The notes: a model not told the origin generated them from the sequence alone. A DNA stretch of 64,000 bases from Candidatus Latescibacterota bacterium (GCA_965219995.1 CBDCOX010000002.1:3712001-3776000), one strand, 5' to 3'; shown: positions 29,304 through 39,214, counted from the first letter of the stretch. A program made the numbers and translations.

Positions 29304-31040
29304 TCACCAACCGATCGCATACGAGGTCGAACGCGGATCCGCGCCGCCGGCGCGTGTGCCCGTCTCGGGATTGACGGTAATTGCGCACACCCGGCTGACC
29401 CCTGAGCTCCATTCGTCCTCATCGTTGACGATGTGCCCGCGGCTTCGCAAATCGTCGCGCACGTGCGGTGCGATGCGGGCTTCGACCGTGACCTCCCCGG
29501 GCAATGATCCATGGGGCCAGAACGAATTCGGAAAACTGTGGCTGATGACACGCGGGGCGTCGATCGCTTCCTGCGGTTCCATTCCGAACTCGACGATATT
29601 CAGGAACACCTGCAACATCCCCTGCACCTGCGCATCCCCGCCGGGACAGCCGAAGGGCATAAACGGTTTTCCATCCTTGAGGACCATCGCGGGATTCGGG
29701 GTGAGACGCGGACGCTTCCACGGTTGCAGACAGGAGGGATGCGCCGGATCGAGCCACGTCTGCGTGCCCCGTCCCGATATCGGAAAACCCAGGCCCGGCA
29801 CGACCGGGGTCCAACCGACCACATCGGACGGGGTCGATGAGAAAGCGTTGCCCTTTTCGTCCACCACGCAGAGATAGCTGGTGTCGCTTTCCCAATGAGA
29901 CAGCCGCTCCGGTTGCGGGCGGTCCGGATCCAGCGTCGGGAAGGGACCGTTTTGCCCACGCGGTTCCGGATGGAATGGCCACGGATCGCCGGCGGCGGGC
30001 ATGTCGGCTGCGGCGCGTTTCGGGTCAATGGCAGCCCGTCTTCCAGCGGCAAAGCGTTCGTCGAGCAATCCCGCCAGCGGCACCTGCACGAAATCCGGGT
30101 CGCCGAAGTACGCCTCCCGATCGGCAAACACCAGTTTCATCCCCTCGACAAGTGAGTGGAGATAGTCCGCGGATTCGTGCCCCATCCTCTGTAAGTCAAC
30201 CCCTTCAAGGATCTTCAGCGCCATATTCAAGGTTGGCCCCTGGCACCACGGTCCGCAGGTATAGACGTCGTAGCCTTTGTAGGTGACGTGCGTCGACGGT
30301 TCGACCCGAACCGAAAACGCCGCAAGATCGTCGTATCTAAGCAGCCCGCCTTCCTGAACGTAAAATTCGGCGATTTCCCGGGCGATTTCACCCTTATAGA
30401 TCAGATCGCGCGCGGCTCTGATTCCCGCTTCCCGATCGCCCCCCGCCCCTCTTTCAGCGTCGATCATCCGCCGGAAGGTGTTTGCCAGATCCTTCTGGAA
30501 GAAAATCTCACCTATTTGTGGAATATGTCCACAGGGATTGAAAACGGCAGCCGTCGACGGCGCATCCCCCAGTGACCCACTGGCGAAGGCGTGGAATTGA
30601 CTGTCGACCGGGTGACCGTTTTCGGCCAGGTCCAGCGCGGGCTGGATGACCTGCTCGAAGTTCATGGTGCCATACCGCGCCAGCGCCGTCAACCACGCGT
30701 CGGGCGATGCCGGCGTAACGGTCCGAAGGATTCCTGGCGGAAGGTCGCCGCCGTGGTGATTCCGGAAGGTGTCGATGCTTGCCGCCCGTGGCCAGCGCCC
30801 GAGTCCGGTGATGGTTTCAACCGGCGCGCCCGATCCCGGGCAATAGATGATCGGCGCGACACCGCCGAAATGGGTGGATCCCGGCTGAAGCACATTGATG
30901 CAGATCCCGGTGGCGACCCCGGCATCGGCCGCGTTGCCGCCATTCTCGAGGATACGGACCCCGCCCATGGTTGCCAGATAATGCAACGATGAGACAACGT
31001 ACCGTTTCCCCAGAACCGACGGGCGATGACTTTCCGGCAT
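29304..31040 (-). CDS. ggt: Gamma-glutamyltransferase family (Ntn hydrolase)
   Basis: GGNAADA, FADREAYFGDP, nucleophile DTSYL, KRPRLT, GCPGGDAQVQ, GGADPR. Confidence 0.9.
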   Translation of the reverse strand: MPESHRPSVLGKRYVVSSLHYLATMGGVRILENGGNAADAGVATGICINVLQPGSTHFGGVAPIIYCPGSGAPVETITGLGRWPRAASIDTFRNHHGGDLPPGILRTVTPASPDAWLTALARYGTMNFEQVIQPALDLAENGHPVDSQFHAFASGSLGDAPSTAAVFNPCGHIPQIGEIFFQKDLANTFRRMIDAERGAGGDREAGIRAARDLIYKGEIAREIAEFYVQEGGLLRYDDLAAFSVRVEPSTHVTYKGYDVYTCGPWCQGPTLNMALKILEGVDLQRMGHESADYLHSLVEGMKLVFADREAYFGDPDFVQVPLAGLLDERFAAGRRAAIDPKRAAADMPAAGDPWPFHPEPRGQNGPFPTLDPDRPQPERLSHWESDTSYLCVVDEKGNAFSSTPSDVVGWTPVVPGLGFPISGRGTQTWLDPAHPSCLQPWKRPRLTPNPAMVLKDGKPFMPFGCPGGDAQVQGMLQVFLNIVEFGMEPQEAIDAPRVISHSFPNSFWPHGSLPGEVTVEARIAPHVRDDLRSRGHIVNDEDEWSSGVSRVCAITVNPETGTRAGGADPRSTSYAIGW

Positions 31041-31144
31041 TTCGACTGTTCCTTCTTGGAGGAGGGAGCGTACGGTCATCAGACACTGCAGCAGCCAAGC
31101 TTATCAAAGCGGTCTTTAAGCCCACTGAGACGTGGTCACTGGGC

Positions 31145-31280
31145 ATGCCTGCATTGAGCTTGTCGAAATGTCGAAGTGCCCGTGTTTCGGCACCTGTTCG
31201 GATCCATTGCACAGCCCTTCGCCGACCCTTCGACCCTTCGACAAGCTCAGGGCACCGCATGCTCAGGGAGCAGCTCAGGG
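31145..31280. repeat. TGAGCTTGTCGAA / TTCGACAAGCTCA inverted repeat element with nested partial copies
   Basis: Inverted pair at about 31155-31167 and 31237-31249. Related motifs at 43217-43285 and about 55404-55418. Confidence 0.7.
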
Positions 31281-31335
31281 CGGGCCAAACGAAGTCCGGA
31301 GGGACTCGGCCCCTGGGCAGACGTTCCCGATCCAC

Positions 31336-32094
31336 TCAGAACACACACGGGATGAGGGCACGGCGATTCGGCGGATAGTCCGGGAAGCGTTCCAGGTACC
31401 AACGGTGATTGCTGCGAGCCCGTGGGACCAGATTGGCGATCGTATAGACGCAGAACGCGAGTCCGCCGAGCGACCACGTCGCGATCGCCCAGCCCGTCCA
31501 TTCCAGAATCTCACCGAGGTAGTTCGGGCAGGAGACGTACCGGAAGGCGCCGCGATCCGGCACGACATAATCTGTCCGTCCCTGTTTCCGCATCCTGAGC
31601 AGGATATTGTCGCCGTGGTGGTTCAGAATGATGCCGCCGACAAAAAACGACACGCCGATCAGGAAACACGGGTTGTACAGCCATGAAACACCGTACTCGG
31701 CGAGGTGGGAGACGAAACGGGCGTTGACGTAAGCGTTCAGTACATTGAAGACGAACCCCGATCCAGCAACAACAAGCGGCATTCTTCGCTTTGTCCGGGT
31801 CCGGAAGGGATAGATTAGCGTCCGGTTCAGGTAATGGCTCTGCCACATCGCCAGAAACACCAGCGACACGAGGCTGCCCTTCGAGCTCCCTTGCAGATGG
31901 ACGAACAGGAAGAAGAAGACCGCCGGACATTCCATGGCGATCCAGCCCGTCTTGCTGGAGACGGTGGGCCCCCAGCCATAGCCAGAATAGTGGCGTCCAT
32001 ACGGCGCCGGCCTCCAGAGCAAATACAGGAAGGTCGCGCCGGCCAGGCCGAATATGACCCACACCAGCAGGCGGTATATGTCCGGCTCCGTCAT
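31336..32094 (-). CDS. 3-oxo-5-alpha-steroid 4-dehydrogenase (steroid 5-alpha-reductase, SRD5A-like)
   Basis: APYGRH, WIAMECP, HYLNRTLIYP, YVSCPNYLGEILEWTGWAIATW, NLVPRARSNHRWY, YPPNRRALIP. Confidence 0.92.
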   Translation of the reverse strand: MTEPDIYRLLVWVIFGLAGATFLYLLWRPAPYGRHYSGYGWGPTVSSKTGWIAMECPAVFFFLFVHLQGSSKGSLVSLVFLAMWQSHYLNRTLIYPFRTRTKRRMPLVVAGSGFVFNVLNAYVNARFVSHLAEYGVSWLYNPCFLIGVSFFVGGIILNHHGDNILLRMRKQGRTDYVVPDRGAFRYVSCPNYLGEILEWTGWAIATWSLGGLAFCVYTIANLVPRARSNHRWYLERFPDYPPNRRALIPCVF

Positions 32095-32142
32095 TTCAGT
32101 CGTTCAGAATGTCGATATGCCATTTCGCGCCCCGTATACAAG

Positions 32143-33084
32143 CTATTCCCGATCCCTTACATCGATTACGAGTAATCGATGTATGCCACTCTTCAAAGTC
32201 TTCGCGAGACCCACTTGTAGAGAGCTAGACTCATAGAGGCGTTCCCCGTCGGTTTCGTGAACACCGTCTCGGTCGAAATTGCCATGTCCCTCACCGTTAA
32301 GATCTGCCACGGTGGGGGCCTGCCACGGGCTCACGCCTGCTATGTCATTGGCACCGCCATCGTCGGCCTTTCTCCCGCCGCGACCAGAATACAACCCACC
32401 ACTTTCCGAATGCGCGAAGTCTGCTCGTTCAAACAGGTAATGCCATGGAATACACTTGCGTTCAATTTTGCAGAGTCCCTTGGTTGCCTCTGGCACGTCA
32501 TTGGCATCCGCTAACAGGCACCCGTTTTCGTACCCTTTGAGACCACTCTCTGGGTGCCGCTGGTTCCAAAACGAACGCTGGCATTCGGTGCAATAGATAC
32601 AGTAGAGCGGTTTCACATTCTCGCACTCTGCACTGCACAAGAGCAATTCGCGCTGCTGCTTGCCAGACGTCCTGACTCTGTGCTTAATGTTTAGCCTACC
32701 ATCGCGTTGTGCCCTCTTGGCCTGTACTCGCATTTTCAAGGTCCATTTGTTGCCGATAATGTGCCAATCAAAATCCGCGCCGTTTTGGGCCTCTTTCGCC
32801 TTAGGGAACGTTGAGAGAAAAATGCGTCTCGGATGCCGCCGTCTGATCTCGAGCAGGTTGGTTTCAGTGATCGTTTCTTCACCATAGCTGACGTAAACGT
32901 TCTTCCGATGGGAGAATTCGAGATTTCTCGACGTCGCGTCACCCAATTCAAGAAAAGTCTTAACCATACCCGAAATCACCGGATAATCCTCGGTTGGCAC
33001 AATTGATTCAGGTGGGAGCCTGACTCGGCGTCGATTCAGGCTGGCGTGTGAGCGAAAATCGACTCCGAAGCCATCGCCAGCCAT
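32143..33084 (-). CDS. DUF6615-like protein, putative PD-(D/E)XK fold
   Basis: GEETITE...EAQNGADFDW...RVQAKR...PLYCIY pattern; alternative start at ATG 32967. Confidence 0.6.
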   Translation of the reverse strand: MAGDGFGVDFRSHASLNRRRVRLPPESIVPTEDYPVISGMVKTFLELGDATSRNLEFSHRKNVYVSYGEETITETNLLEIRRRHPRRIFLSTFPKAKEAQNGADFDWHIIGNKWTLKMRVQAKRAQRDGRLNIKHRVRTSGKQQRELLLCSAECENVKPLYCIYCTECQRSFWNQRHPESGLKGYENGCLLADANDVPEATKGLCKIERKCIPWHYLFERADFAHSESGGLYSGRGGRKADDGGANDIAGVSPWQAPTVADLNGEGHGNFDRDGVHETDGERLYESSSLQVGLAKTLKSGIHRLLVIDVRDRE

Positions 33085-33097
33085 ACAATCGCGGTTT

Positions 33098-33937
33098 TCA
33101 GATATGTGCGCGGTAGTTTACTGCCTGCAGATGCACGTGGCGACCGACGTTTCCCGATAACTGAAAAAGCCTGGGTGTCTGGCGAAACTCGAACAGCCGG
33201 TAGAGATGGTACGCGTTTGCGTTCGTCTTGGAAAAACGGACCTCGCCAGTACTGATGTAGAATGGCGTCAGCTTGCCGTAACGGGTCGTTTTGACCTCGA
33301 TGAATCGGTCACGCCCGCTGACTTCGTACGAACGAATATCGTACCCGGCGTGGTCCCCCACGGTTTTGGAGACCTGCTCGACGTTTCTGGCGAGGCGGTC
33401 CTTGCCTTCACGCAGCAGACGTGCGCGCTCGAATTCCAAAACCAGTGCTTCTCCCGCATCCCCGAGGGATCGATTGAGCGCTTCCATCTGAAGATAATTG
33501 ATTGGTGGGCCAGGCTGGGCGGAAACGACGTATTCAACGGGTCTCTCACCCACCGAAAGAGAGGCAGGCACAGGCGGATCGACACCGATACCGAGAATAT
33601 CGTCAACAGTGAAACGATCCTGGAGTGCATTGACATCAGCTACGACCAGGCTCTCAAGCGGAGGAAGCTGCTCGCGCACCACATCCCTCAGCATGCCCTG
33701 GAAGTTGAAAAGCGGTTTGTACCCGTTGATATACGGGAACCCCAACTCGATCAGGACCGCGCTGATATTCTGGTGTTTGCGCTCAACTGCGCCGTGCGTG
33801 CGGCCATCCAACCGGGCGCGTAGCGCCCTGTTTCGCGCCGCTTTGTTGTAAGACTTATCTTGAAGCTCCAAAGCCAGCATGTCGAGGTAATCCCGAACAG
33901 TGACTTCGACCTCCTGGCGGCTCCAATCGCTTGACAT
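33098..33937 (-). CDS. DUF3883 (NO-VEIN C-terminal) domain protein, putative restriction endonuclease
   Basis: N-terminal DWSRQEV...DYLDML...KHQNISAVL...GYKP; C-terminal LGDAGE...GYDIRSY...RFIEVKTT...FYISTGE. Confidence 0.82.
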   Translation of the reverse strand: MSSDWSRQEVEVTVRDYLDMLALELQDKSYNKAARNRALRARLDGRTHGAVERKHQNISAVLIELGFPYINGYKPLFNFQGMLRDVVREQLPPLESLVVADVNALQDRFTVDDILGIGVDPPVPASLSVGERPVEYVVSAQPGPPINYLQMEALNRSLGDAGEALVLEFERARLLREGKDRLARNVEQVSKTVGDHAGYDIRSYEVSGRDRFIEVKTTRYGKLTPFYISTGEVRFSKTNANAYHLYRLFEFRQTPRLFQLSGNVGRHVHLQAVNYRAHI

Positions 33938-34020
33938 CGGCTCGACCAATTTACCTTTGGACTTCGTGGGTCAGCGGTGCCATTCTCACTGGTGATTTCC
34001 GGCATTACACAGCCAGCCAT

Positions 34021-34263
34021 TCAGAATACAACAAACCCCATCACCAGTACTGTCACCAGAATTACAATTCCAAGACTACACAGGAAACTCCACAATAATC
34101 GGGTCCGCTTTCCTTCTTTCCTGTATCGAAAAACGCTATACCAGAAGGTAATCGTCAGCCCGACCAAAGCAATGAGGCTTATCCCGAACAGCTTTAACAA
34201 CTCGAAGGTATGGAACAAATATCCATGCATATTAAAGCTCCAAGCATCCAAAAGGCGAGTCAA
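34021..34263 (-). CDS. Small two-TM membrane protein
   Basis: Two hydrophobic helices separated by the basic loop RYRKEGKRTR; AT-rich. Confidence 0.45.
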   Translation of the reverse strand: MTRLLDAWSFNMHGYLFHTFELLKLFGISLIALVGLTITFWYSVFRYRKEGKRTRLLWSFLCSLGIVILVTVLVMGFVVF

Positions 34264-34642
34264 TTGGATGCTCCGTCGCCTTCAGAATCAAGAAACCTGG
34301 CTTTCCCAATATAACATTATAAACCCGTTCGATGCCGACTATCTCACATGCCTGGACCATACGACGAGTCGACCTTTCATCTTCCGTTCCGCGCGTCACG
34401 TCACCCGGTGGATGGCTGCCTGTCACGTTCACCGAGGCGGCAGAAGAGCCCACCGTCGCATAAGAAACTTCGTGAGGATCCGTCGAAACACGAGGTAGCG
34501 CCCGGTCGGGCAGCGGTTTACAAGCGGGCTTTCGCCGGTTGGAAGATTCCGCAGAATAATCATTGCTTGTCCGGCGCTTTGTTTTCTCTTTACATGGGTC
34601 AATACACGATGTTCAGGCGCCTGCTATCGATAAGGAAACGTG

Positions 34643-35443
34643 ATGCCAAAGGCTGAAAAGTACAAACACGGAACGCCGTGTTGGATTGATCTGGCGACAG
34701 CGGATCTGGCGGGGGCGAGAGCGTTCTACGCCGGATTATTCGGTTGGGAGTATGTGGACGAGGAGATGGGGGAGATGGGCATCGGGGTTTATTCGATGGC
34801 CATGCGGGAGGGGTCGGCGGCGGCGGCAATTTATGAATCGGGCCCCGGGCAGATGCGTTCAGACGGGGCAGTGAAGTGGAACCTCTACGTATCGGTGGAT
34901 GATGTCGACGCCGTCGTCGGGCGGGCGGCAGCGAATGGCGGGGCCGTGCTGGCAGGCTCGAGAGACATCGATCGCGCGGGCCGGGTGGCGGTGATCGCGG
35001 ACCCGACGGATTGCGTCGTGACGCTGTGGGAGCCGGGCGAGTTCGCAGGATGCGGCGTGAGGTCGGAGTCAGGCGCGTTTGCCTGGTCGGAGCATCTGAG
35101 CACGGATCGTGCGGCTTCGGTCCGGTTTTTCGAACAGGTTGTCGGTGTCGAAACCGTGACGGCGGACGAGGCACAGCCGGTGCCGTACTCGAGCGTACTG
35201 GTGGGTGACAAGGTTGTGAGTGGGATCATGCAGATGCCGGACCGGATGATCGAAGAAGGGGTCGCGTCCGAGTGGTACGTGTATTTTCAGGTCGGAAATT
35301 TTGACGAATCGGCGGGTTACCTGCAAGAGCACGGCGGGCGACTGATGGCTGAACCGGACGATATTGCCGGATTCGGACGAATGGTGGTCGCCCGGGATCC
35401 GCAAGGCGCCGACTTCTGCATCGTCCAGCCCGAGATCGGGTAA
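34643..35443 (+). CDS. VOC/glyoxalase family protein with two domains (CFP32-like)
   Basis: GTPCWIDL...AFYAGLFGW, GRVAVIADP, GRMVVARDPQGA. Confidence 0.9.
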   Translation: MPKAEKYKHGTPCWIDLATADLAGARAFYAGLFGWEYVDEEMGEMGIGVYSMAMREGSAAAAIYESGPGQMRSDGAVKWNLYVSVDDVDAVVGRAAANGGAVLAGSRDIDRAGRVAVIADPTDCVVTLWEPGEFAGCGVRSESGAFAWSEHLSTDRAASVRFFEQVVGVETVTADEAQPVPYSSVLVGDKVVSGIMQMPDRMIEEGVASEWYVYFQVGNFDESAGYLQEHGGRLMAEPDDIAGFGRMVVARDPQGADFCIVQPEIG

Positions 35444-35474
35444 TCAAGCTACTTGAATGATACAGTGCGTGCGC

Positions 35475-36212
35475 TCACACCTTCCCGCCCGTCAAAATCG
35501 ACACCACCTGCGGGAGGGCCTCCTCCACGCATTCATCGACTCTATCGCCTTCCATGGGTGCAGCGTGCGCGCGCAGTTCGATATTCCGGTATCCTGCGAC
35601 GCCGTCAAGGGTGCTCGACCAGGCGCCGCCGCCACGAGGCCCGATTCCGGCTTCCAGATCCATTCGAGGATACTCCCATCGCAGGTCCTTGCCGCGGTAG
35701 CGGACCCGGTCCCCCTCCTTCACGTCGCTCAACCTCATCCTGCGGTGTACTCCGAAGTGAATCAGCCTGCGATGGACCTTGTCGGGCTGCGGTCCCGAGT
35801 CCTCCCATCCCTCGACGAGATAGTTTCCTGTGGCATGCGATAGCCGGAAGCCATCGCCATCGCGCTCAATCATTGGTACCCTTCCCGCCGCCGTGATATA
35901 GGCGGTGGGGATGCCTCTCAACTCGAACTCCAGCATATCGTGCAAACTGCACGAACTGGCGCCGCATCAGTCCACCACGCCCATGACAAGCCCATCGCAA
36001 TTCGGAACGATCTCCTCCAGGAGCTTCTTCGTGCAGACGCGGTAAGGGGATGACTTTTTCCAGGGTCCGACCACATTTGCGTCGTACTCTGCCGCGAGCC
36101 GTTCCCCAACTGCATTGAGAACGGCTCCCGCCGTGCGTTTTCCCGGATCCAGAAGTCCGATCCTGGCTCTATTCAGGGAGGTCAGTCGGGATGCGGGTTC
36201 GATTCTTGACAC
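35475..36212 (-). CDS. UGSC-family-like selenoprotein (in-frame UGA at 35967-35969 read as Sec), 245 aa
   Basis: ORFs 35967..36212 and 35475..35945 are in the same frame, separated by one TGA plus 7 codons: ...CDGLVMGVVD-U-CGASSCSLHDMLEFELRGIPT. This aligns with the family pattern D-U-GSCxSxSxHD...E.RGIP. GTG start with RBS AAGGAG; SECIS-like hairpin follows. Confidence 0.85.
35930..35959 (-). promoter_or_regulatory. Bacterial SECIS-like hairpin
   Basis: After UGA: CCAG-U-UCGUGCA-GUU-UGCACGA-UAUG-CUGG. This gives a perfect 7-bp upper stem, a GU-containing loop starting at +20 and a CCAG/CUGG lower stem. Confidence 0.75.
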
Positions 36213-36419
36213 AGGTCTACTCCTTTCTGATCTTAACGTCCGAAATGCCAGCGTATAGGGCAGGTCTCCGGGGCTGGATGCGTTCGAGCGCTCCTACCCT
36301 TGATTTCCGTCTAAATATAGCCAATGACGGATTCAATGTCTGCTACGAATTGGCGTGAGCAACCTCTAGTCTAACATCATGGCAGGCGCGCAGGATCCGG
36401 GCTAATTTGAGGAGGTTTT

Positions 36420-37157
36420 ATGTTGACTGACGAACAGGTCCGGCAATTTCGGGAAGACGGCTATCTCGTTTTTGAAGCCCTGATACAGGGCGAACGACTG
36501 GTCTATTACAAGCGCGTGTTCGACGAGCTGGTCGCAGAGGGGCGTAAATTGACCGGGGAGACGCCGCATTGGTCGCTCGAGCTGGACGAACGCGGCGAAC
36601 CCAGGGAGGGTCTGTTGCACAAGGTTCAGGGGGTTTGCGTGGTCGATGCCCGCGTGCTGGAACTGGCGCGCGAACCCGCGATTCTGGACCGCGTCGCTAC
36701 GTTGACTGGTGATAACATCGATGTGTTCGGCACGAAGTTTTTTCCGAAGCTGCCCAACGGCGGTACGTCAACCGGCTGGCATCAGGACAACTTTTATTTC
36801 GGCACCGATACGGATCGCATTATCAGTTGCGGGATTTATCTGGAGGATTCAGACGTGGAGAACGGGTGTCTGCGGGTGGTGCCCGGCAGCCACCGGATCG
36901 GCAGGATCGTCGAGCACCGCAAGAATCCGGCCAGGCATGGCAGTTGGACGGAGGTCGATGAATCGCGGGCTGTGGATTTGGTCATTCCCGCCGGCACGGT
37001 GGTTCTGTTTTCCGCCAATCTCCTGCACGGCGCCTACGATAACCACAGCAATCGCACCCGCTATAGCACGGCCTGGCACTATCTGCCGGAAGAACTCAAT
37101 CCGGAACGGTTTCCAAAGGGAGTTTACGAAGATCGACATGTGGCGCGTAAGCATTGA
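36420..37157 (+). CDS. Phytanoyl-CoA dioxygenase (PhyH) family protein
   Basis: MLTDEQVRQFREDGY, WHQD, NGCLRVVPGSH, LLHG, R; RBS GAGGAGG. Confidence 0.93.
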   Translation: MLTDEQVRQFREDGYLVFEALIQGERLVYYKRVFDELVAEGRKLTGETPHWSLELDERGEPREGLLHKVQGVCVVDARVLELAREPAILDRVATLTGDNIDVFGTKFFPKLPNGGTSTGWHQDNFYFGTDTDRIISCGIYLEDSDVENGCLRVVPGSHRIGRIVEHRKNPARHGSWTEVDESRAVDLVIPAGTVVLFSANLLHGAYDNHSNRTRYSTAWHYLPEELNPERFPKGVYEDRHVARKH

Positions 37158-37280
37158 GCATCGCGCACACGGGGCAGGCAGGTGTGTTGATGAACTGGTC
37201 TGGGAGGTCGCCAGTTGTACCCCGTTCCGCATGGATGGAAAACGTGAACACCACAACCCCTTTAGCCAATAAAACGGTAC

Positions 37281-37310
37281 TTACATGGATGGACAGGATC
37301 GACAGGATAA
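37281..37310 (+). repeat. ACATGGAT-(GGACAGGAT)2 short repeat
   Basis: Near-identical copies at 48004-48031 and 48103-48131. Confidence 0.7.
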
Positions 37311-37540
37311 ATACCAAAACCGATCATGATTTGCAGGATTAAGCTGGATAAGAAACCACGAGCAGGGCAATTGCTCACTCTTACAGGAAAAAGCGATGAT
37401 TCCGTCCACCCTGAAATCCAAACGTTGCGCCGGCCAACACGATACCGGACGCTTCAGGGTTTTCGTTATGTGCTCTGCTTATGTCATTCAAAATCAACCG
37501 ATTATACAACAAACACACCGGTTTTCATGAATAATTCGGG

Positions 37541-38248
37541 TCAACCATCTTGCTTTCTTAGAACGCACGTGAGTTTCCCTTTGTTCAAGACTGAATTGAC
37601 AACCTTAAAGGGAGATTCTTCCAGCTCTGCGACGAGATCTTTGGCGAAGAAAAAGTGCAAATAGTGTGGTGCTTTCAGCGCGAATCCATCCCCTTCCTCC
37701 AGCGTGTTATAGTTCACAGCAAATCGATGATGGTTGTCATCGTAAACCTCCTCGTAATTCTTCAGTACGGAATCCAGCACTGTCTGAGACATCAAAACTT
37801 CGCCATTGGGATCCAACACGCGCGAGATCTCTTCCAAAAAAGCGACTCTCGATGCGCGGTGCGGGACATAACAGTAGACGTTCCCCATGAATCCAGCGGC
37901 AAATGAGGCATTGGAAAAGGGCATCGTCGGCATTTCATATTGAAGAAATGTCACGTTGATGCGTTCCTTCTCAGCAATTCGCCTTGCCTGCTCAATCTGA
38001 TTCCTGGCGACGTCAATCCCGGTGACGTTGTATCCAAGCCGCGCAAGTGCGAAACATAATCGTCCTGTCGCACAGCCGATGTCCAACAGGCGGCTGTCTA
38101 CAGGGTACTCTCCGACAAACGCCTGTTCTTCCTCTCTGATACCAACTTTCAGGTCTTCTATTCGGATTTCCAGTTCTTCAGGATCGTTGTACTTTTCCTT
38201 TACGGAGTCCAGTAATCTTTCGGACTCTCGTCTTTTTTCATCTTTCAT
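37541..38248 (-). CDS. Class I SAM-dependent methyltransferase
   Basis: LLDIGCATGR motif I, VTGID, MPFSNASF, RVLDPNG. Confidence 0.9.
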   Translation of the reverse strand: MKDEKRRESERLLDSVKEKYNDPEELEIRIEDLKVGIREEEQAFVGEYPVDSRLLDIGCATGRLCFALARLGYNVTGIDVARNQIEQARRIAEKERINVTFLQYEMPTMPFSNASFAAGFMGNVYCYVPHRASRVAFLEEISRVLDPNGEVLMSQTVLDSVLKNYEEVYDDNHHRFAVNYNTLEEGDGFALKAPHYLHFFFAKDLVAELEESPFKVVNSVLNKGKLTCVLRKQDG

Positions 38249-38294
38249 GGGGAAGTTTCACTCCCGTTACCGGAGTTGCCCGAAGCCCGGCGAG

Positions 38295-39194
38295 TCACCT
38301 CAATCCATTGATGTCGTATCTCGAGACAAAATTCCAGATCAGCGCGCTTGTATTGGCGCCGTCGTAGTTGATGTCGAACCAGACGTGGCCTCCGTTGATG
38401 ACCTTATAATGCTCGACGGAGGTATTTTTGTCTCCATCGGTATAGGAATGGCGTTCTAAGGTTGTTGCGCCATCGTTCACTCGATTTATCTCGGGCGTAA
38501 CACCGGTATTGTTGAATCCTGTCCAATAGGCAAGCACTTCGTCAATGGATTTCAGTCCCTCGGCTCCGCCATAGGGGACAACCGCATCGGATGTTCCATG
38601 GATATTGATCATGGCCGTCGGGTGCGACGGATTACATTCGTTATATGTCTCCGCCATCATCGTTCCCGCCACAGAACCGATTGCCGCGATTTTATCACCA
38701 TGAAAGCAGGCGAGCGCGTACGCGAAGAAAGCGCCGTTCGAGTAACCGCAGGCATATACTCTCGCTGGATCGATGTTGTAGTCGGAGGAGATTTCATCGA
38801 TCAACGCTTCCACAAAGCCGAAGTCGTCCGCATCGCTCTTGTTTCTCTCGGTTTTCAGACCGGCATTCCAATGCGGGTTTCCATCCAGCAGGGTGCCTTG
38901 CGGATAAACCAGGATGAACGTGCCCGAATCCGCCAGAGACCGCATATCCGTGGTTCTCAAATGCAGGTCCGCGGTCCCGCCGAATCCGTGAAAGTTAAGC
39001 ATCAGCGGAGATCTGGAAGTTCCGTCAAGAGAATCGGGCACATACAGCATATATTGCCTTGTTACCCCATTGTGGGAAAGGGTTCGAGTAAACAGACCCG
39101 CCGAATCAGGCGCGTCGAGCGGCACGTCATCATTGCTGGAACAGGAAAACAGGCATGACATCGCCGCGACGGATATGAAAAAAAGCCTCATCAT
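38295..39194 (-). CDS. PHB depolymerase/LpqP-like esterase lipoprotein
   Basis: Lipobox LFSC, NFHGFGG, GYSNG nucleophile elbow, HGTSD, GGHVW. The ORF extension to 39323 lies inside a repeat. Confidence 0.88.
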   Translation of the reverse strand: MMRLFFISVAAMSCLFSCSSNDDVPLDAPDSAGLFTRTLSHNGVTRQYMLYVPDSLDGTSRSPLMLNFHGFGGTADLHLRTTDMRSLADSGTFILVYPQGTLLDGNPHWNAGLKTERNKSDADDFGFVEALIDEISSDYNIDPARVYACGYSNGAFFAYALACFHGDKIAAIGSVAGTMMAETYNECNPSHPTAMINIHGTSDAVVPYGGAEGLKSIDEVLAYWTGFNNTGVTPEINRVNDGATTLERHSYTDGDKNTSVEHYKVINGGHVWFDINYDGANTSALIWNFVSRYDINGLR

Positions 39195-39214
39195 CAAGGC
39201 GGACCCCAAAAACC

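Noticed and set aside
35475-36212. Pseudogene or two-gene interpretation of the split ORFs (also 53015-53608)
   Set aside because: In both genes the single TGA lies at the catalytic Cys/Sec position, the frame is preserved, and a SECIS-like hairpin follows.
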